In this document: positions 9,522-19,144 of the stretch, piece after piece
Layout: each line of letters starts with the position of its first letter
Numbering within the stretch: position 1 is the first letter of the stretch
Source of the DNA: a virus
Lineage: Duplodnaviria; Caudoviricetes
Direction: 5' to 3' (one strand)
DNA length: 64,000 bases
IMG/VR virus record: IMGVR_UViG_3300018430_000021
Coordinates: 192,001-256,000 of that record
Position numbers and translations under genes: made by a program
Notes under the pieces: generated by a model
What the model was told of the DNA's origin: nothing
The model's database searches: none
What the model saw: the letters and a program-made list of their open reading frames with translations, nothing else

Positions 9522-12500
9522 TTACTTGTTTGTCGGTCTCTTGTAACCAAATACCTTCATGGTGTCGTCCTTCTTGACGGTTCTATCACCCTTCTTCTGG
9601 TCCTTATAGTCACAACGGTGTTTAGCGACGGACTTGCTGAAGAGTTTTGTGATATAGGCTCCGGTACCAAGAGAGTGATGGTTCTTAGCCTTTACGTTAC
9701 CGTCGCGGTCAGAGAGCCAATCTATGACCATCTGGACTGTACCTGCACTAGTAGTCTTGGCCTCGTCATTCAACGTAAATTCGATATTGAAATCGTTTAC
9801 GTAGTTCGCATTGTTGGTATAGACCCAGAGATGCAAGTTGTATGTAACGTCATAAAGCGGAATATTCAAACCATTCTTCTTGTATTCCTTCTGGAATTCT
9901 TCTGTACAATGTTCTTCAACATATTGATCGACAGGAATTCCCTTTGTGGAGGCACCAACGATATTACCCTTGTCGTCAACCGGAATCTGACCGTTCTTCA
10001 CGATGTCATCGAGCGTAGCAAGAGAACCAGTCGGAGAAACGGACGGAAGAACAATATCGACCTTGAAACCGACACCGATTACGTCCGGAATTGTATCATT
10101 CTTTGGATCCACAAACTTCACGTCATACGGTTTCTTGTCATTGTACTTGTGACCATTGGAATAGTATTCGTCAACCTTGTCCTGGTCAACCATAGTAACC
10201 GGATGTACAAGTTCAATGTCAATATCCTTAGCTTCCTTCATGATAACCATGACAGTATCGGCAGCTACGTTTCCAGCCTTATCGACGTAACGACGGATAA
10301 CATTGTTAACACCCTTTTCGAGACGCTGCAAGTTCAAGGTATCTTGGGTTTCACCGTTGACAGTCCATTTTACCGGAATAGCATTGGTGTTATATACCTG
10401 ACCGTGAACAGGGTCGAGAATTTCAAGCTTAGGCGGAATATCGTCGAAGACAATTTCTACGCTTGCAGAAGCCTTGTTTCCAAATTCATCTGTATAGTCA
10501 TAACTAATCGTATATGCGATATTTCCTTCCTTATTCTTGACAATCTTCTTCTTGTCGTCGAGGTTGTAAGAAACAGTAGTACAGGAATCGATGTTATACG
10601 ATACAGAATAATCTGTAATTCTCTGGCCAGTAAGATTGTCAACCTTATAAGAAACAGTTACGTCCTTGCCGTTGACTTTCTTCGTATAGGTAACAGTCTG
10701 AACTGTATCTAAACGATTTCCGTTTTTATCTACAAGCTGAGTAAGAGTAATCTTGGTTCCGTCAACTTCGATAACTTCCTTCATTTCGATAACACCCTTG
10801 CCGATAGTTGTAGATGTAGCGAGAGATTCATCGATGAGATAGTTGTATTCCTTAACCTTAATATCCTTGGTCGGGATAGTATCAAGTTTTACGGTAATAT
10901 CGAAGTGCTTTTCAGTCTTATGAACTGTGTCTTTGACAGTAACCATAATCTGATTTTCCTTCTTATTAACATAAATCTTGTCGTCTTTTTCTTCTTCGAT
11001 TGTGATGTAGTCAATCAAAGCGTCAGTAGACTTAGCATTTGTCAAAGTAACAACCGGAGGAGCATCGTTGAATATAACTACGATAGAATCACAGACAGTC
11101 TTCTTTTCGTTACAAACCTTGATAGTCGTATCTTTCTTGATATGCGGGAATTCCTTATTGGTTTCACAGCTATCACCTTCACAAAGTGTCCATTCAAACT
11201 TATGGTCCGGGTCATTTGTTTTAACCGTGTCCTTAGGCTTTTCGTCGTCCCAAGTAGTGATTTCAACCTTTTCAGGTTCATCCAAAACTCGGATAACTAC
11301 TGTAGCAGTATCATAGAAAGTACCGTCGGTAACAACAACCTTAACAGTGTCCTTGGTCTTCTTTTCGTAATCTATAGGATTCTTTATTACAAGAGTACCG
11401 GTAGAATCAATCTGATAATTAGTTGTATCGGTCAAGAAATACTTAGGAGTAGTCTTGTCTTCGTCCGTTGCCGGAATCTGACAAACCTTACCGGTATAAT
11501 TTTCCTTGACAGAACAAGTGGTGTCGTTTACGTGAACTGGCTCATTGACATTACCAACGGTAATCTTATATGTTGCCGTATCAGCTGCGCCGCTGGAATC
11601 CTTTGCGATAACAGTAATCTTGACTTCTGGAGTTTTTTCATAATCAAGCGGCTTTGTAACTGTCACCTTGCCGGTAGAATCAATCTTGAAACCAGGTTCC
11701 TTGATTTCGTAAATGACCTTATCTGTGTCTGGGTCAACGGCGACAATAATTCCTACGAAGCAGGTATCGCAATTTTCAGGAACAGTAAGGGAATCATTCG
11801 GCTGTAAAACCGGAGGTTCATTTACATTTGCAACATTAATGTAGATTATGGCAGTATCAGTATTGCCATTGACGTCAGTAACAACAACCTTGAGCGTATC
11901 GGCCTTTGTTGTCTCGTAATCGAAAGGATCTACCAGTCTAAGAACACCAGTATTACTATCGATGCTGTAATGCACAGTATCATCGCAAGAAAATTTAACA
12001 GGCTTTCCATCTTCATCTTCTCCTTTAACGGTTCCGATGATTCCCGTAACTCCCTCTTTAACAGTTAACGTGGTATCATAAGCATGTACAGGTTCATCGA
12101 CATCTATAATATTTACAATAAATGTCGTGTCCTTCTTAGAACCGTCAGTGGAGGTAACAGTAACAGTTACAGGATATTTGTCCTTAGTTTCGAAATCGAA
12201 GATAGTATTTGTAGTAATTACACCAAGAACCGGGTCAATCTTGAAATTAACCACGTCGTTAATGGAGTAAGTAACATCTGTACTATCTGCATCCTTACCG
12301 ATGATAGCACCGATAATAGTTCCTACATCTGCATTTTCTTCAACTTTTTCAATCTTTCCAGAAACAGTAATCGGTTCCTGAATGTTCGTAATCTTGATGG
12401 TATAGTTAGCACTGTCAGCAAATTCACCGTCTTCGACTTTGACCTTGACTACATAAACAGTATCTTCAGTTTCATAGTCGAATACGTGCTTAGTCTTGAT

Positions 12501-14003
12501 TACACCGTCTTCGATAGTGAACAATCCACTGGTATCTTCAATAGACCAGACGAGCGGAGCTAAACCGTCATCTGTATACTTAATTTCCCCGACTTTTCCA
12601 GTTCCTGGCGGAATACGTAATTCTTCCTGATAGGTCTTGATAGTATCAGACTTGTCGAGAACGATAGAAGTATTCTGCTTGAGTTGAGCATCTTCAATTT
12701 TAATTGGAAGTTCACCAGAAGTTTCACCATTAGGCAAAACTGCACCAGTGATACTATCAATTCTCATAATCAAGTAATCATTATCTTCAACTAGGCTATC
12801 AATTTTGACATTGACTTTGATTGTATCAAGCGGAGATTTTTGACCAATAGGAATTTTTGTTGTAACAGCAGATTCACCGCAAATCGGTAAATTTGGTCCA
12901 ATAGGTTCCATATTAAAGTCATCTACAGTGACACCATCTTTCAAATCGAAACAATATGTAAAATAGACATCAATAGTAGCTGTATCAGATAGACTAAGCG
13001 GAATAACAACAGTAGAATCGTTTTCTTTTAGACCTCCTTGCTTTTTTAATTCTGGAAAATCAAGCGTATCAGGGTCATATTTAACGAATCTGAAATTTTC
13101 ACCTTTAAAATCATTACCGATTTCAAGTTGATTTGCTAACAACTGACCAGAAAAATCAAGGTTACACTTTAAGAAAATCTTAGATGTGGTGATAAATGAA
13201 CCTTGAATTGGAACATTATCAGTATTATCAAATATAATGTTTTTATTAGAATAAATTAAAACATTACCTTTATACTTATTTTGTGGTAATATAGAATCAC
13301 CAAGAATAACACTAATTGTTGTATGGTTTCCAATATACAAAGAGTCAACAAAAATTCGAGTTAGACGGTTCTTTTCCATCTTAATATAAATTTTACATTT
13401 ATCATGACCACCCACACAAGTATGAATATTCTTAAAATATAAATCATATTGACCTTCGCCTTCTGGAACATAAATGGTATCAGATTGTTCATCTTTTGTC
13501 AAAATAATATCATTTTGATAACCTTCGGTAGGCCATGCAATGGTAGGTATCTGTAATGTAGCTGATGCATCAGGAACAGAATCACAACTGAAGTTTCCGG
13601 TTACATTAGAAGCATTTTTATCTATCAAACAAATATTTCCAGCATATTCGCCACGAACATCTGAATTAAAGGTATTAGCTCTAACTGGGCCAGTAGTAAA
13701 TTTGCTGTCCATACCTAAAGTTATATCGCCAGTTGTTAATACTGGACCGCCTAAAACAATCTGACCATTACCATCGGAATAAATGTTTCCTCTTGAACCA
13801 TTCCAACCAGATTTATCTGTGATTTTTATATTATGCCCCATTTTAATATAATCGGTACCCCATAACTTATATTGAAGCATATAATCAAACTGGTTCTGCT
13901 GTGTTGCAGAATCAACGGCAATGCCTGGGAATTCGAACGGCTTATAGTCCGCACCTACTGCGAACGCTATGAATAGAAGTAATAATGCAATAATTTTCTT
14001 CAT
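9522..14003 (-). CDS. Secreted cadherin-repeat surface protein, Fibrobacter-type
   Basis: Signal peptide; about five cadherin repeats (V.EN, FDYE, I.DVNEP); C-terminal LGTGAYITKL...VFGYKRP. Confidence 0.8.
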   Translation of the reverse strand: MKKIIALLLLFIAFAVGADYKPFEFPGIAVDSATQQNQFDYMLQYKLWGTDYIKMGHNIKITDKSGWNGSRGNIYSDGNGQIVLGGPVLTTGDITLGMDSKFTTGPVRANTFNSDVRGEYAGNICLIDKNASNVTGNFSCDSVPDASATLQIPTIAWPTEGYQNDIILTKDEQSDTIYVPEGEGQYDLYFKNIHTCVGGHDKCKIYIKMEKNRLTRIFVDSLYIGNHTTISVILGDSILPQNKYKGNVLIYSNKNIIFDNTDNVPIQGSFITTSKIFLKCNLDFSGQLLANQLEIGNDFKGENFRFVKYDPDTLDFPELKKQGGLKENDSTVVIPLSLSDTATIDVYFTYCFDLKDGVTVDDFNMEPIGPNLPICGESAVTTKIPIGQKSPLDTIKVNVKIDSLVEDNDYLIMRIDSITGAVLPNGETSGELPIKIEDAQLKQNTSIVLDKSDTIKTYQEELRIPPGTGKVGEIKYTDDGLAPLVWSIEDTSGLFTIEDGVIKTKHVFDYETEDTVYVVKVKVEDGEFADSANYTIKITNIQEPITVSGKIEKVEENADVGTIIGAIIGKDADSTDVTYSINDVVNFKIDPVLGVITTNTIFDFETKDKYPVTVTVTSTDGSKKDTTFIVNIIDVDEPVHAYDTTLTVKEGVTGIIGTVKGEDEDGKPVKFSCDDTVHYSIDSNTGVLRLVDPFDYETTKADTLKVVVTDVNGNTDTAIIYINVANVNEPPVLQPNDSLTVPENCDTCFVGIIVAVDPDTDKVIYEIKEPGFKIDSTGKVTVTKPLDYEKTPEVKITVIAKDSSGAADTATYKITVGNVNEPVHVNDTTCSVKENYTGKVCQIPATDEDKTTPKYFLTDTTNYQIDSTGTLVIKNPIDYEKKTKDTVKVVVTDGTFYDTATVVIRVLDEPEKVEITTWDDEKPKDTVKTNDPDHKFEWTLCEGDSCETNKEFPHIKKDTTIKVCNEKKTVCDSIVVIFNDAPPVVTLTNAKSTDALIDYITIEEEKDDKIYVNKKENQIMVTVKDTVHKTEKHFDITVKLDTIPTKDIKVKEYNYLIDESLATSTTIGKGVIEMKEVIEVDGTKITLTQLVDKNGNRLDTVQTVTYTKKVNGKDVTVSYKVDNLTGQRITDYSVSYNIDSCTTVSYNLDDKKKIVKNKEGNIAYTISYDYTDEFGNKASASVEIVFDDIPPKLEILDPVHGQVYNTNAIPVKWTVNGETQDTLNLQRLEKGVNNVIRRYVDKAGNVAADTVMVIMKEAKDIDIELVHPVTMVDQDKVDEYYSNGHKYNDKKPYDVKFVDPKNDTIPDVIGVGFKVDIVLPSVSPTGSLATLDDIVKNGQIPVDDKGNIVGASTKGIPVDQYVEEHCTEEFQKEYKKNGLNIPLYDVTYNLHLWVYTNNANYVNDFNIEFTLNDEAKTTSAGTVQMVIDWLSDRDGNVKAKNHHSLGTGAYITKLFSKSVAKHRCDYKDQKKGDRTVKKDDTMKVFGYKRPTNK

Positions 14004-14030
14004 GTTTAACTTCCTTTAACTTTCAATATA

Positions 14031-14079
14031 TATTTATAACAGCCACAAATATAGCAAATTTATTGCATCTTGTAAACCC
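14031..14079 (-). promoter_or_regulatory. Tandem early (14048-14079) and late (14031-14038) promoters for the cadherin gene
   Basis: GGGTTTACA-N17-TATATT and TATAAATA on the minus strand. Confidence 0.65.
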
Positions 14080-14089
14080 CATAAATATA

Positions 14090-15061
14090 ATGATGAATTT
14101 AATAGAAGCAAAATCGGTTTTAAAGTCCTCTGACTATATCCTCGAGTCCAAGGGTGACATAGTTATTCAGAATTTGTTGAATACTCTCGTTACGGCATGT
14201 GAACTTTACATTTCGCATGACTATGAAAGAATTCAGAAGGCTTACAGGTCTGCAAGGGCACAGACGTTTCTGTCAAGTGACCCGATAATTCTCCCGAAGA
14301 AAACGTATACCAAGGCCGGTATGACATTTACCGTTCCTCCCGTTATGTTCATGATGGACAAGGACTTCAAGCAGTTCAATCATGATAATTCATGGAATGT
14401 TAGCGGTGTCTATGAATCAAAGATTTCAGAAAATCCGAAAGTAAGTGCTCTTATGGACAAATTCGGTGTCAAGAAGACATGGGCCGGCGTCGTTATTATT
14501 ACCGAGCAGACAAAGTTCAGTAAGTTTAGCAAACCGGAATTCTTGGATGTATTTAGGACAAATATCCGAATGACTTTGAAACATGAGCTTCTTCATTATG
14601 TTCAAGGAATTGCGAAGAGAATCGCGGAAGACAGGATTACTCCTATTATCGAGGAACAGAACAGTTATATTCTGAATATTCTTAAAGATACGAGCATTGT
14701 ATATGATAACGAAGAAGTAGATTCCGAAGACGAATATACAAGATATATGCTCAAGAGTAAGGAAATCGATGCAAGATTCCATCAGGAAATCACGACATTC
14801 CTTGTTACCCGCAAGATAGATCCAAATAATCTGGAAGATGCGGCCAATAAGTTTATTTCCACATATATCTGGAAGCTTGAAGACTTACCGGAAAAAACAA
14901 AGACCGCAATTTATAATCGACTCATCTTTATTTTAGAGCAGTGCAAGGAACTTGGATTGTTTGAAAAAGTCACCGATGAAGACGGTGACGAAGAAGTAAA
15001 GATTAAGCAGATTTATAGAGAAAAGGGCGATGCCGCCCTTTGGAATCTTATTGGGAAATAG
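14090..15061 (+). CDS. HExxH metallopeptidase-like protein, putative head protein (start probably 14090 or 14093)
   Basis: TLKHELLHYVQ, EIDAR; N-terminus MNLIEAKSVLKSSDYILE; CATAAATA at 14080. Confidence 0.65.
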   Translation: MMNLIEAKSVLKSSDYILESKGDIVIQNLLNTLVTACELYISHDYERIQKAYRSARAQTFLSSDPIILPKKTYTKAGMTFTVPPVMFMMDKDFKQFNHDNSWNVSGVYESKISENPKVSALMDKFGVKKTWAGVVIITEQTKFSKFSKPEFLDVFRTNIRMTLKHELLHYVQGIAKRIAEDRITPIIEEQNSYILNILKDTSIVYDNEEVDSEDEYTRYMLKSKEIDARFHQEITTFLVTRKIDPNNLEDAANKFISTYIWKLEDLPEKTKTAIYNRLIFILEQCKELGLFEKVTDEDGDEEVKIKQIYREKGDAALWNLIGK

Positions 15062-16343
15062 TTTTCACGAAAGTCTTATTGAATGACTGGAAAGGAATTT
15101 CCTCTTCTATTTCGTAATCGTCGTCATAACATAGGATTACGTTATTGACGTCATCTACTTCGATTTCCGGATAACGCTTGTCGAACATGAGCTTACCGGT
15201 AGTTGTATTCAACAGGTTTTGACCTGCATGGAAATAACTTACGGTAAACAGGTTCATCATTGGCGTTTCGTTTAAACTCTGACATTTTTCATCGTCGACA
15301 AAACGTTTTCTCTTCAAGTCAAAAATCAAATAATCGTATTTACCTTCGCAAAGAACAAAATTTGATAAATCGGAACGATAAGACTTCATGACCAATCTGG
15401 TAAACTTCTTATCGGTAAGAAATTTTCCGTTTTTATCAATAAGGGTATACTGACCGAAACGACCGCTTTCATCTGCACAGATTGCCGCGAATACTTCATA
15501 ACCTATATGCTTATAGACACAGGCATAAATGTCGTTATCCCAAAGTTTTGTATTCATCTTGAAGAACAACTTGTTCGGCAAGAAATTATAGGTTAAAACT
15601 TTGACATTCTTCAGTGTCTTAAGGTTATTGATATTCAGTTCGTCTTCGGCGACAGTTCTATGACGACCAACGAGATATGCGGTAAAAGCCCAGTTGACAT
15701 CGTTGTTTTCTACTTCGGCGGACATGACGACATAAAAATGTTTATTGACGTCAAGATTTGTTTCATCATCGTCGTCATCTTCTATATTTCCACTATTCGT
15801 AGGAACATGTGCGAAGTCTAAAGCGATATGTTTCGAAACAGAGAAAGAATTAAATTCCTTTGTAGTGTTATCGAGCATAGGAATAATTCTTTCGGGATTA
15901 TAAAAGATTTTCTTGTCTTTCTTATATGCCGAGATAATATCAGTAAGCGAAAGAGTCAGACCGCGATAAACTGTTGTATAGCCTTTGCTCATGTACTTTT
16001 TAAGGAAATTCCATTCGCACTGAACAAGGTCGTTAGCTTCGCGGTTTTTCTTAAGATAATTCGCTACGTCTTCATTGGATTCGAGTTCTTTCAAAGTAAT
16101 ATCGTTAATTGCATTGACGTCAATCATGCCAGAAAGGACCGCAAGAGCGATAGTATAATAATCCTTCTGTTTTACATTCAACCATAAGGATCCGTCCTTA
16201 TCGTTGTAATGAGTTGAAGTATAATCTACTTTTCGTTTTTCGCGGCCCTGTTTGGCCAAATCTGCATACTTACCGTATTTTTTCTGGGTAAGAGCAGGAA
16301 GTTCAGACATTTCATTTAGATAATTTGAAAGACTCTTGTACAT
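15048..16343 (-). CDS. putative R-S-E class ADP-ribosyltransferase with C-terminal beta-repeat region
   Basis: TVYRGL, FNSFS, AEDEL motifs in order; CATAAATA at 16348-16355. Confidence 0.6.
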   Translation of the reverse strand: MYKSLSNYLNEMSELPALTQKKYGKYADLAKQGREKRKVDYTSTHYNDKDGSLWLNVKQKDYYTIALAVLSGMIDVNAINDITLKELESNEDVANYLKKNREANDLVQCEWNFLKKYMSKGYTTVYRGLTLSLTDIISAYKKDKKIFYNPERIIPMLDNTTKEFNSFSVSKHIALDFAHVPTNSGNIEDDDDDETNLDVNKHFYVVMSAEVENNDVNWAFTAYLVGRHRTVAEDELNINNLKTLKNVKVLTYNFLPNKLFFKMNTKLWDNDIYACVYKHIGYEVFAAICADESGRFGQYTLIDKNGKFLTDKKFTRLVMKSYRSDLSNFVLCEGKYDYLIFDLKRKRFVDDEKCQSLNETPMMNLFTVSYFHAGQNLLNTTTGKLMFDKRYPEIEVDDVNNVILCYDDDYEIEEEIPFQSFNKTFVKTISQ

Positions 16344-16359
16344 ACATTATTTATGACTA

Positions 16360-17172
16360 CTATATCTTTTCAAAATATTTCTTTATAGTCATATCTATTG
16401 TATCGTAACCGCCATAACCCGGATTGTTATGTATATTCTCGTCATACGGGTGTTTCTCGCATGCGGCACTTCCACGAGCCCATTTCTTTTTCCAGTCGTC
16501 GATAGACTTCAGATGATAGTGGTAAAGACGAATTCCAGCTTCATGGTCAGTAAGACCGTAAGTAGAATCCTTTGTAATGTCAGAACCGACTACCTTAGCC
16601 ATACGGAACCATTCCTTGCTTCCAGGATATTTGGTAAACGGAATATGACCGACTTCTCTGTTATTCTTGCTGAAACAGAACTTAATATTCGGACTGTATA
16701 AAATAATACACTTTCCTTGGCTGGAAACGTCGTTTCTTCTATAATAATTGGTAAACACGTAAGGAGCAGAACGCTGTTCATTAAGATGTTTGGAACTCAT
16801 ATAGATTTGCGGTACACAGATAACATCGAGGGGCGTTTCCAAGAATACGTCACCGATTCGTGCTTCCCATCTTCCGTCAAACCAGAAATATTCGTCATCG
16901 TCAGCAAATATAACATAGTCGTTTTCCGCAATATTATATGGATTTTCGGAAAGTATGGTATCAAACAGCTTCCACTGGTTTGGCCAGCCAGAAAGTTTTT
17001 CATAGGTATCTGGGTCCTTGACGACAGACTTGATGTCGACTGAGGAATCGTTGTCTATAACATGGATCTTGACGTTTCCGCCCAGGGAACGATAGTATTT
17101 GTACCAGGTTTCGAAATCGAGAATGTTATAGGATTTGGTGAGACAGATTATATGGAGGGTATTATTTGTCAT
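16360..17172 (-). CDS. GT92/GT2-like glycosyltransferase (start probably MTNNTLH)
   Basis: W.KYY..LG, HVIDNDS, VIFADDDEYF, LYHYHLKS; paralog of 37169-38017. Confidence 0.75.
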   Translation of the reverse strand: MTNNTLHIICLTKSYNILDFETWYKYYRSLGGNVKIHVIDNDSSVDIKSVVKDPDTYEKLSGWPNQWKLFDTILSENPYNIAENDYVIFADDDEYFWFDGRWEARIGDVFLETPLDVICVPQIYMSSKHLNEQRSAPYVFTNYYRRNDVSSQGKCIILYSPNIKFCFSKNNREVGHIPFTKYPGSKEWFRMAKVVGSDITKDSTYGLTDHEAGIRLYHYHLKSIDDWKKKWARGSAACEKHPYDENIHNNPGYGGYDTIDMTIKKYFEKI

Positions 17173-17320
17173 CTGGGTAATCTTGTCCAAGAACGGCTAA
17201 AAGTACGGCACCTACGATAGTTAAAATGCTTGAAGCGGCATAGGATTCGAAAATAACCCATATTGCCCAAGCTACAAAGATAAGTAATAGTGCTGAAATT
17301 AAAGTTATTTTGTGTTTCAT
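17162..17320 (-). CDS. 52-aa two-TM membrane protein (not in ORF track)
   Basis: MKHKITLISALLLIFVAWAIWVIFESYAASSILTIVGAVLLAVLGQDYPDDK translated by hand. Confidence 0.55.
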   Translation of the reverse strand: MKHKITLISALLLIFVAWAIWVIFESYAASSILTIVGAVLLAVLGQDYPDDK

Positions 17321-17353
17321 ATATTTAAATATAGCAAACTTTTAAAAAATGTT

Positions 17354-17361
17354 TATAAATA
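17354..17361 (+). promoter_or_regulatory. T4-type late promoter TATAAATA
   Basis: Exact match upstream of 17387. Confidence 0.75.
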
Positions 17362-17386
17362 AGATATATAAGAATTTGGAGTTTTT

Positions 17387-17836
17387 ATGCCTAATAACAA
17401 TTTTTTGACAGAAGCGAGCATGATTCTCGATTACGGCTACGGTGCAACGCCTAAGATGAACGAAAATGCCTATGACGACCGTGTAGCCCAGGATGCAAAC
17501 GAAGACGAACAGTTTATGAACCAGATTGAAGAACCTGAGGCAACAGCCGAACCTGACGAAACAGCAGACTTGCTTGCCAAGGCAGCAGAACTTTCAGAAG
17601 TTGCTCAGACTCTTATCGAAGTCAAACCTGAACAGGTAAAGGCCATGGGTGAAGAAGGTGCAAGGAAGATTTTTGCTCTTGCCTATCTCGGTTCTGAATG
17701 TAATGCCATTGAACAGGCTTATTCTGACTTCATGAACGCCGATGAGACTATTGAAGTTAAAGAATCCACTGACAATATGGATTATCTGGCCAGCCGAATG
17801 CTCCGCGAACCTGGTATGCTGGAAGACGAAGAATAA
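17387..17836 (+). CDS. acidic putative head or scaffold-like protein
   Basis: Late promoter, SD GGAG, several L/I-x-E sites, very acidic. Confidence 0.55.
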   Translation: MPNNNFLTEASMILDYGYGATPKMNENAYDDRVAQDANEDEQFMNQIEEPEATAEPDETADLLAKAAELSEVAQTLIEVKPEQVKAMGEEGARKIFALAYLGSECNAIEQAYSDFMNADETIEVKESTDNMDYLASRMLREPGMLEDEE

Positions 17837-17855
17837 TTTTACTCACCTGAAACAT

Positions 17856-17882
17856 AAAACCGACCTTATGGGTCGGTTTTTC
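17856..17882. terminator. Bidirectional intrinsic terminator
   Basis: AAAACCGACC-TTATG-GGTCGGTTTT between convergent genes. Confidence 0.85.
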
Positions 17883-17893
17883 TTTATAATTAC

Positions 17894-18490
17894 CTACTTG
17901 TGTTTGATAGGTTCTTTATAATGATGTACTTCAACAGTTTTCTTAACCGTATCTACGATGAGTAAATCCAGATTGGAAAACTTAAAACCCTTGGAGTTAA
18001 TAACGTCATAAGCACTAATTCCCGGATTTCCGGTCATATAGTGATAGATATAACGAATTAACATTCCATGAGAAATAGCAATTACAGCATTCGTGTTATT
18101 TTCGTGACGAATGTCGTTTCCCATATCATGCAAGACAATCTTGGCACGTTTTTCCATCGTAGAAGCTGGAAGGAAAACTAGCCGATTGAATTCTTCTTCT
18201 GTAATTTCCCAGAACTTTTTGTTTCCGAGAGCCTTGCATTCGAATTCTCCAAGACTCTTGGTCACTTCGCACGGAAAACGGTCAAAAAGAAGTTTTGCCG
18301 TGCTGATGCATCGTTTTGTAGGAGAACTGACAATAACCTTCCTGTCTTCTTCAGGAATAAACTTGCCAACACAATCTTCCCAATCGTCCGGCTTGTCATA
18401 AAGGTTAATATCCGAGTTTTCATATCCGGCAATCATCGAACCAGAGAGGTTTGCCGAAGTCGGTGCATGTCTGATGAAATAGAATTTCAA
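17894..18490 (-). CDS. histidine phosphatase (phosphoglycerate mutase family)
   Basis: YFIRHA, SSPTKRC..TA, LGE, AISHG motifs. Confidence 0.85.
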   Translation of the reverse strand: MKFYFIRHAPTSANLSGSMIAGYENSDINLYDKPDDWEDCVGKFIPEEDRKVIVSSPTKRCISTAKLLFDRFPCEVTKSLGEFECKALGNKKFWEITEEEFNRLVFLPASTMEKRAKIVLHDMGNDIRHENNTNAVIAISHGMLIRYIYHYMTGNPGISAYDVINSKGFKFSNLDLLIVDTVKKTVEVHHYKEPIKHK

Positions 18491-18687
18491 CGGTAACTAT
18501 CTCCAATAGTGAGTTCTTGTTCAACTAAAACGTTTTCGTCGTTAAAGATATTCTTAAGTTCAATAACCTTGAGGTTATATTCTTCTGCGACTTTATTAAA
18601 TGGATCAATGTTATTAAACAACATCTGGTCAACGAGTTCTTGCGGGATTGCCTTATCACTTAAATTCTTAACTTTTACTGTAACCAT
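18487..18687 (-). CDS. hypothetical protein
   Basis: Tiling ORF with SD GAGG. Confidence 0.55.
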   Translation of the reverse strand: MVTVKVKNLSDKAIPQELVDQMLFNNIDPFNKVAEEYNLKVIELKNIFNDENVLVEQELTIGDSYR

Positions 18688-18943
18688 AATATCCTCTAAA
18701 TATTTATTTTTCGGTAAAGTGATCGAATATACCGGCTAGAATCGAAATTCCGATAATCAATAAAACGACAAAACCTGCCGCATAGACTGCTGAGGCGAGT
18801 TCACTATAAATTCCGGCTGTTCCTGAACCTGCATTCTGGGCGGCGAGGAGGATTCTCATTGTTTCTACGTCAGTGTTCATATATTAAATATAGTTTTCGC
18901 CGTAATTTATTCGTAAAAAGCCAGTGATATAAATCACTATAAA

Positions 18944-19110
18944 GTATGTAAGCCGTGAATATGTCCGTGTCACCCTATCCTTAGTAGCCGAGTCCACGAA
19001 TCTCCGCCGGGGTGTAACTACCTCCCCAACTGCTTTATTAACCACGTGAATAATTGCGCTTTCGGCGCCAGCGCCCTATCGGACCACAGACATATTCACG
19101 ACTTACATAT
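18944..19110 (-). ncRNA. Structured ~165-nt ncRNA, Y-RNA-like
   Basis: ~25-bp terminal stem with UGGUCCGA/UGAC motif; internal hairpins; promoter directly upstream. Confidence 0.6.
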
Positions 19111-19112
19111 AC

Positions 19113-19144
19113 AATATAGTAATTTTTTATCCTCTTGTCAACCC
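19113..19144 (-). promoter_or_regulatory. Early promoter GGG-TTGACA-N17-TATATT
   Basis: Matches the repeated consensus. Confidence 0.8.

Noticed and set aside
9501-10712. 403-aa plus-strand ORF (also 10905-11807 and 12084-12563)
   Set aside because: Antisense shadows of the cadherin gene, caused by its codon bias; no SD and implausible composition.
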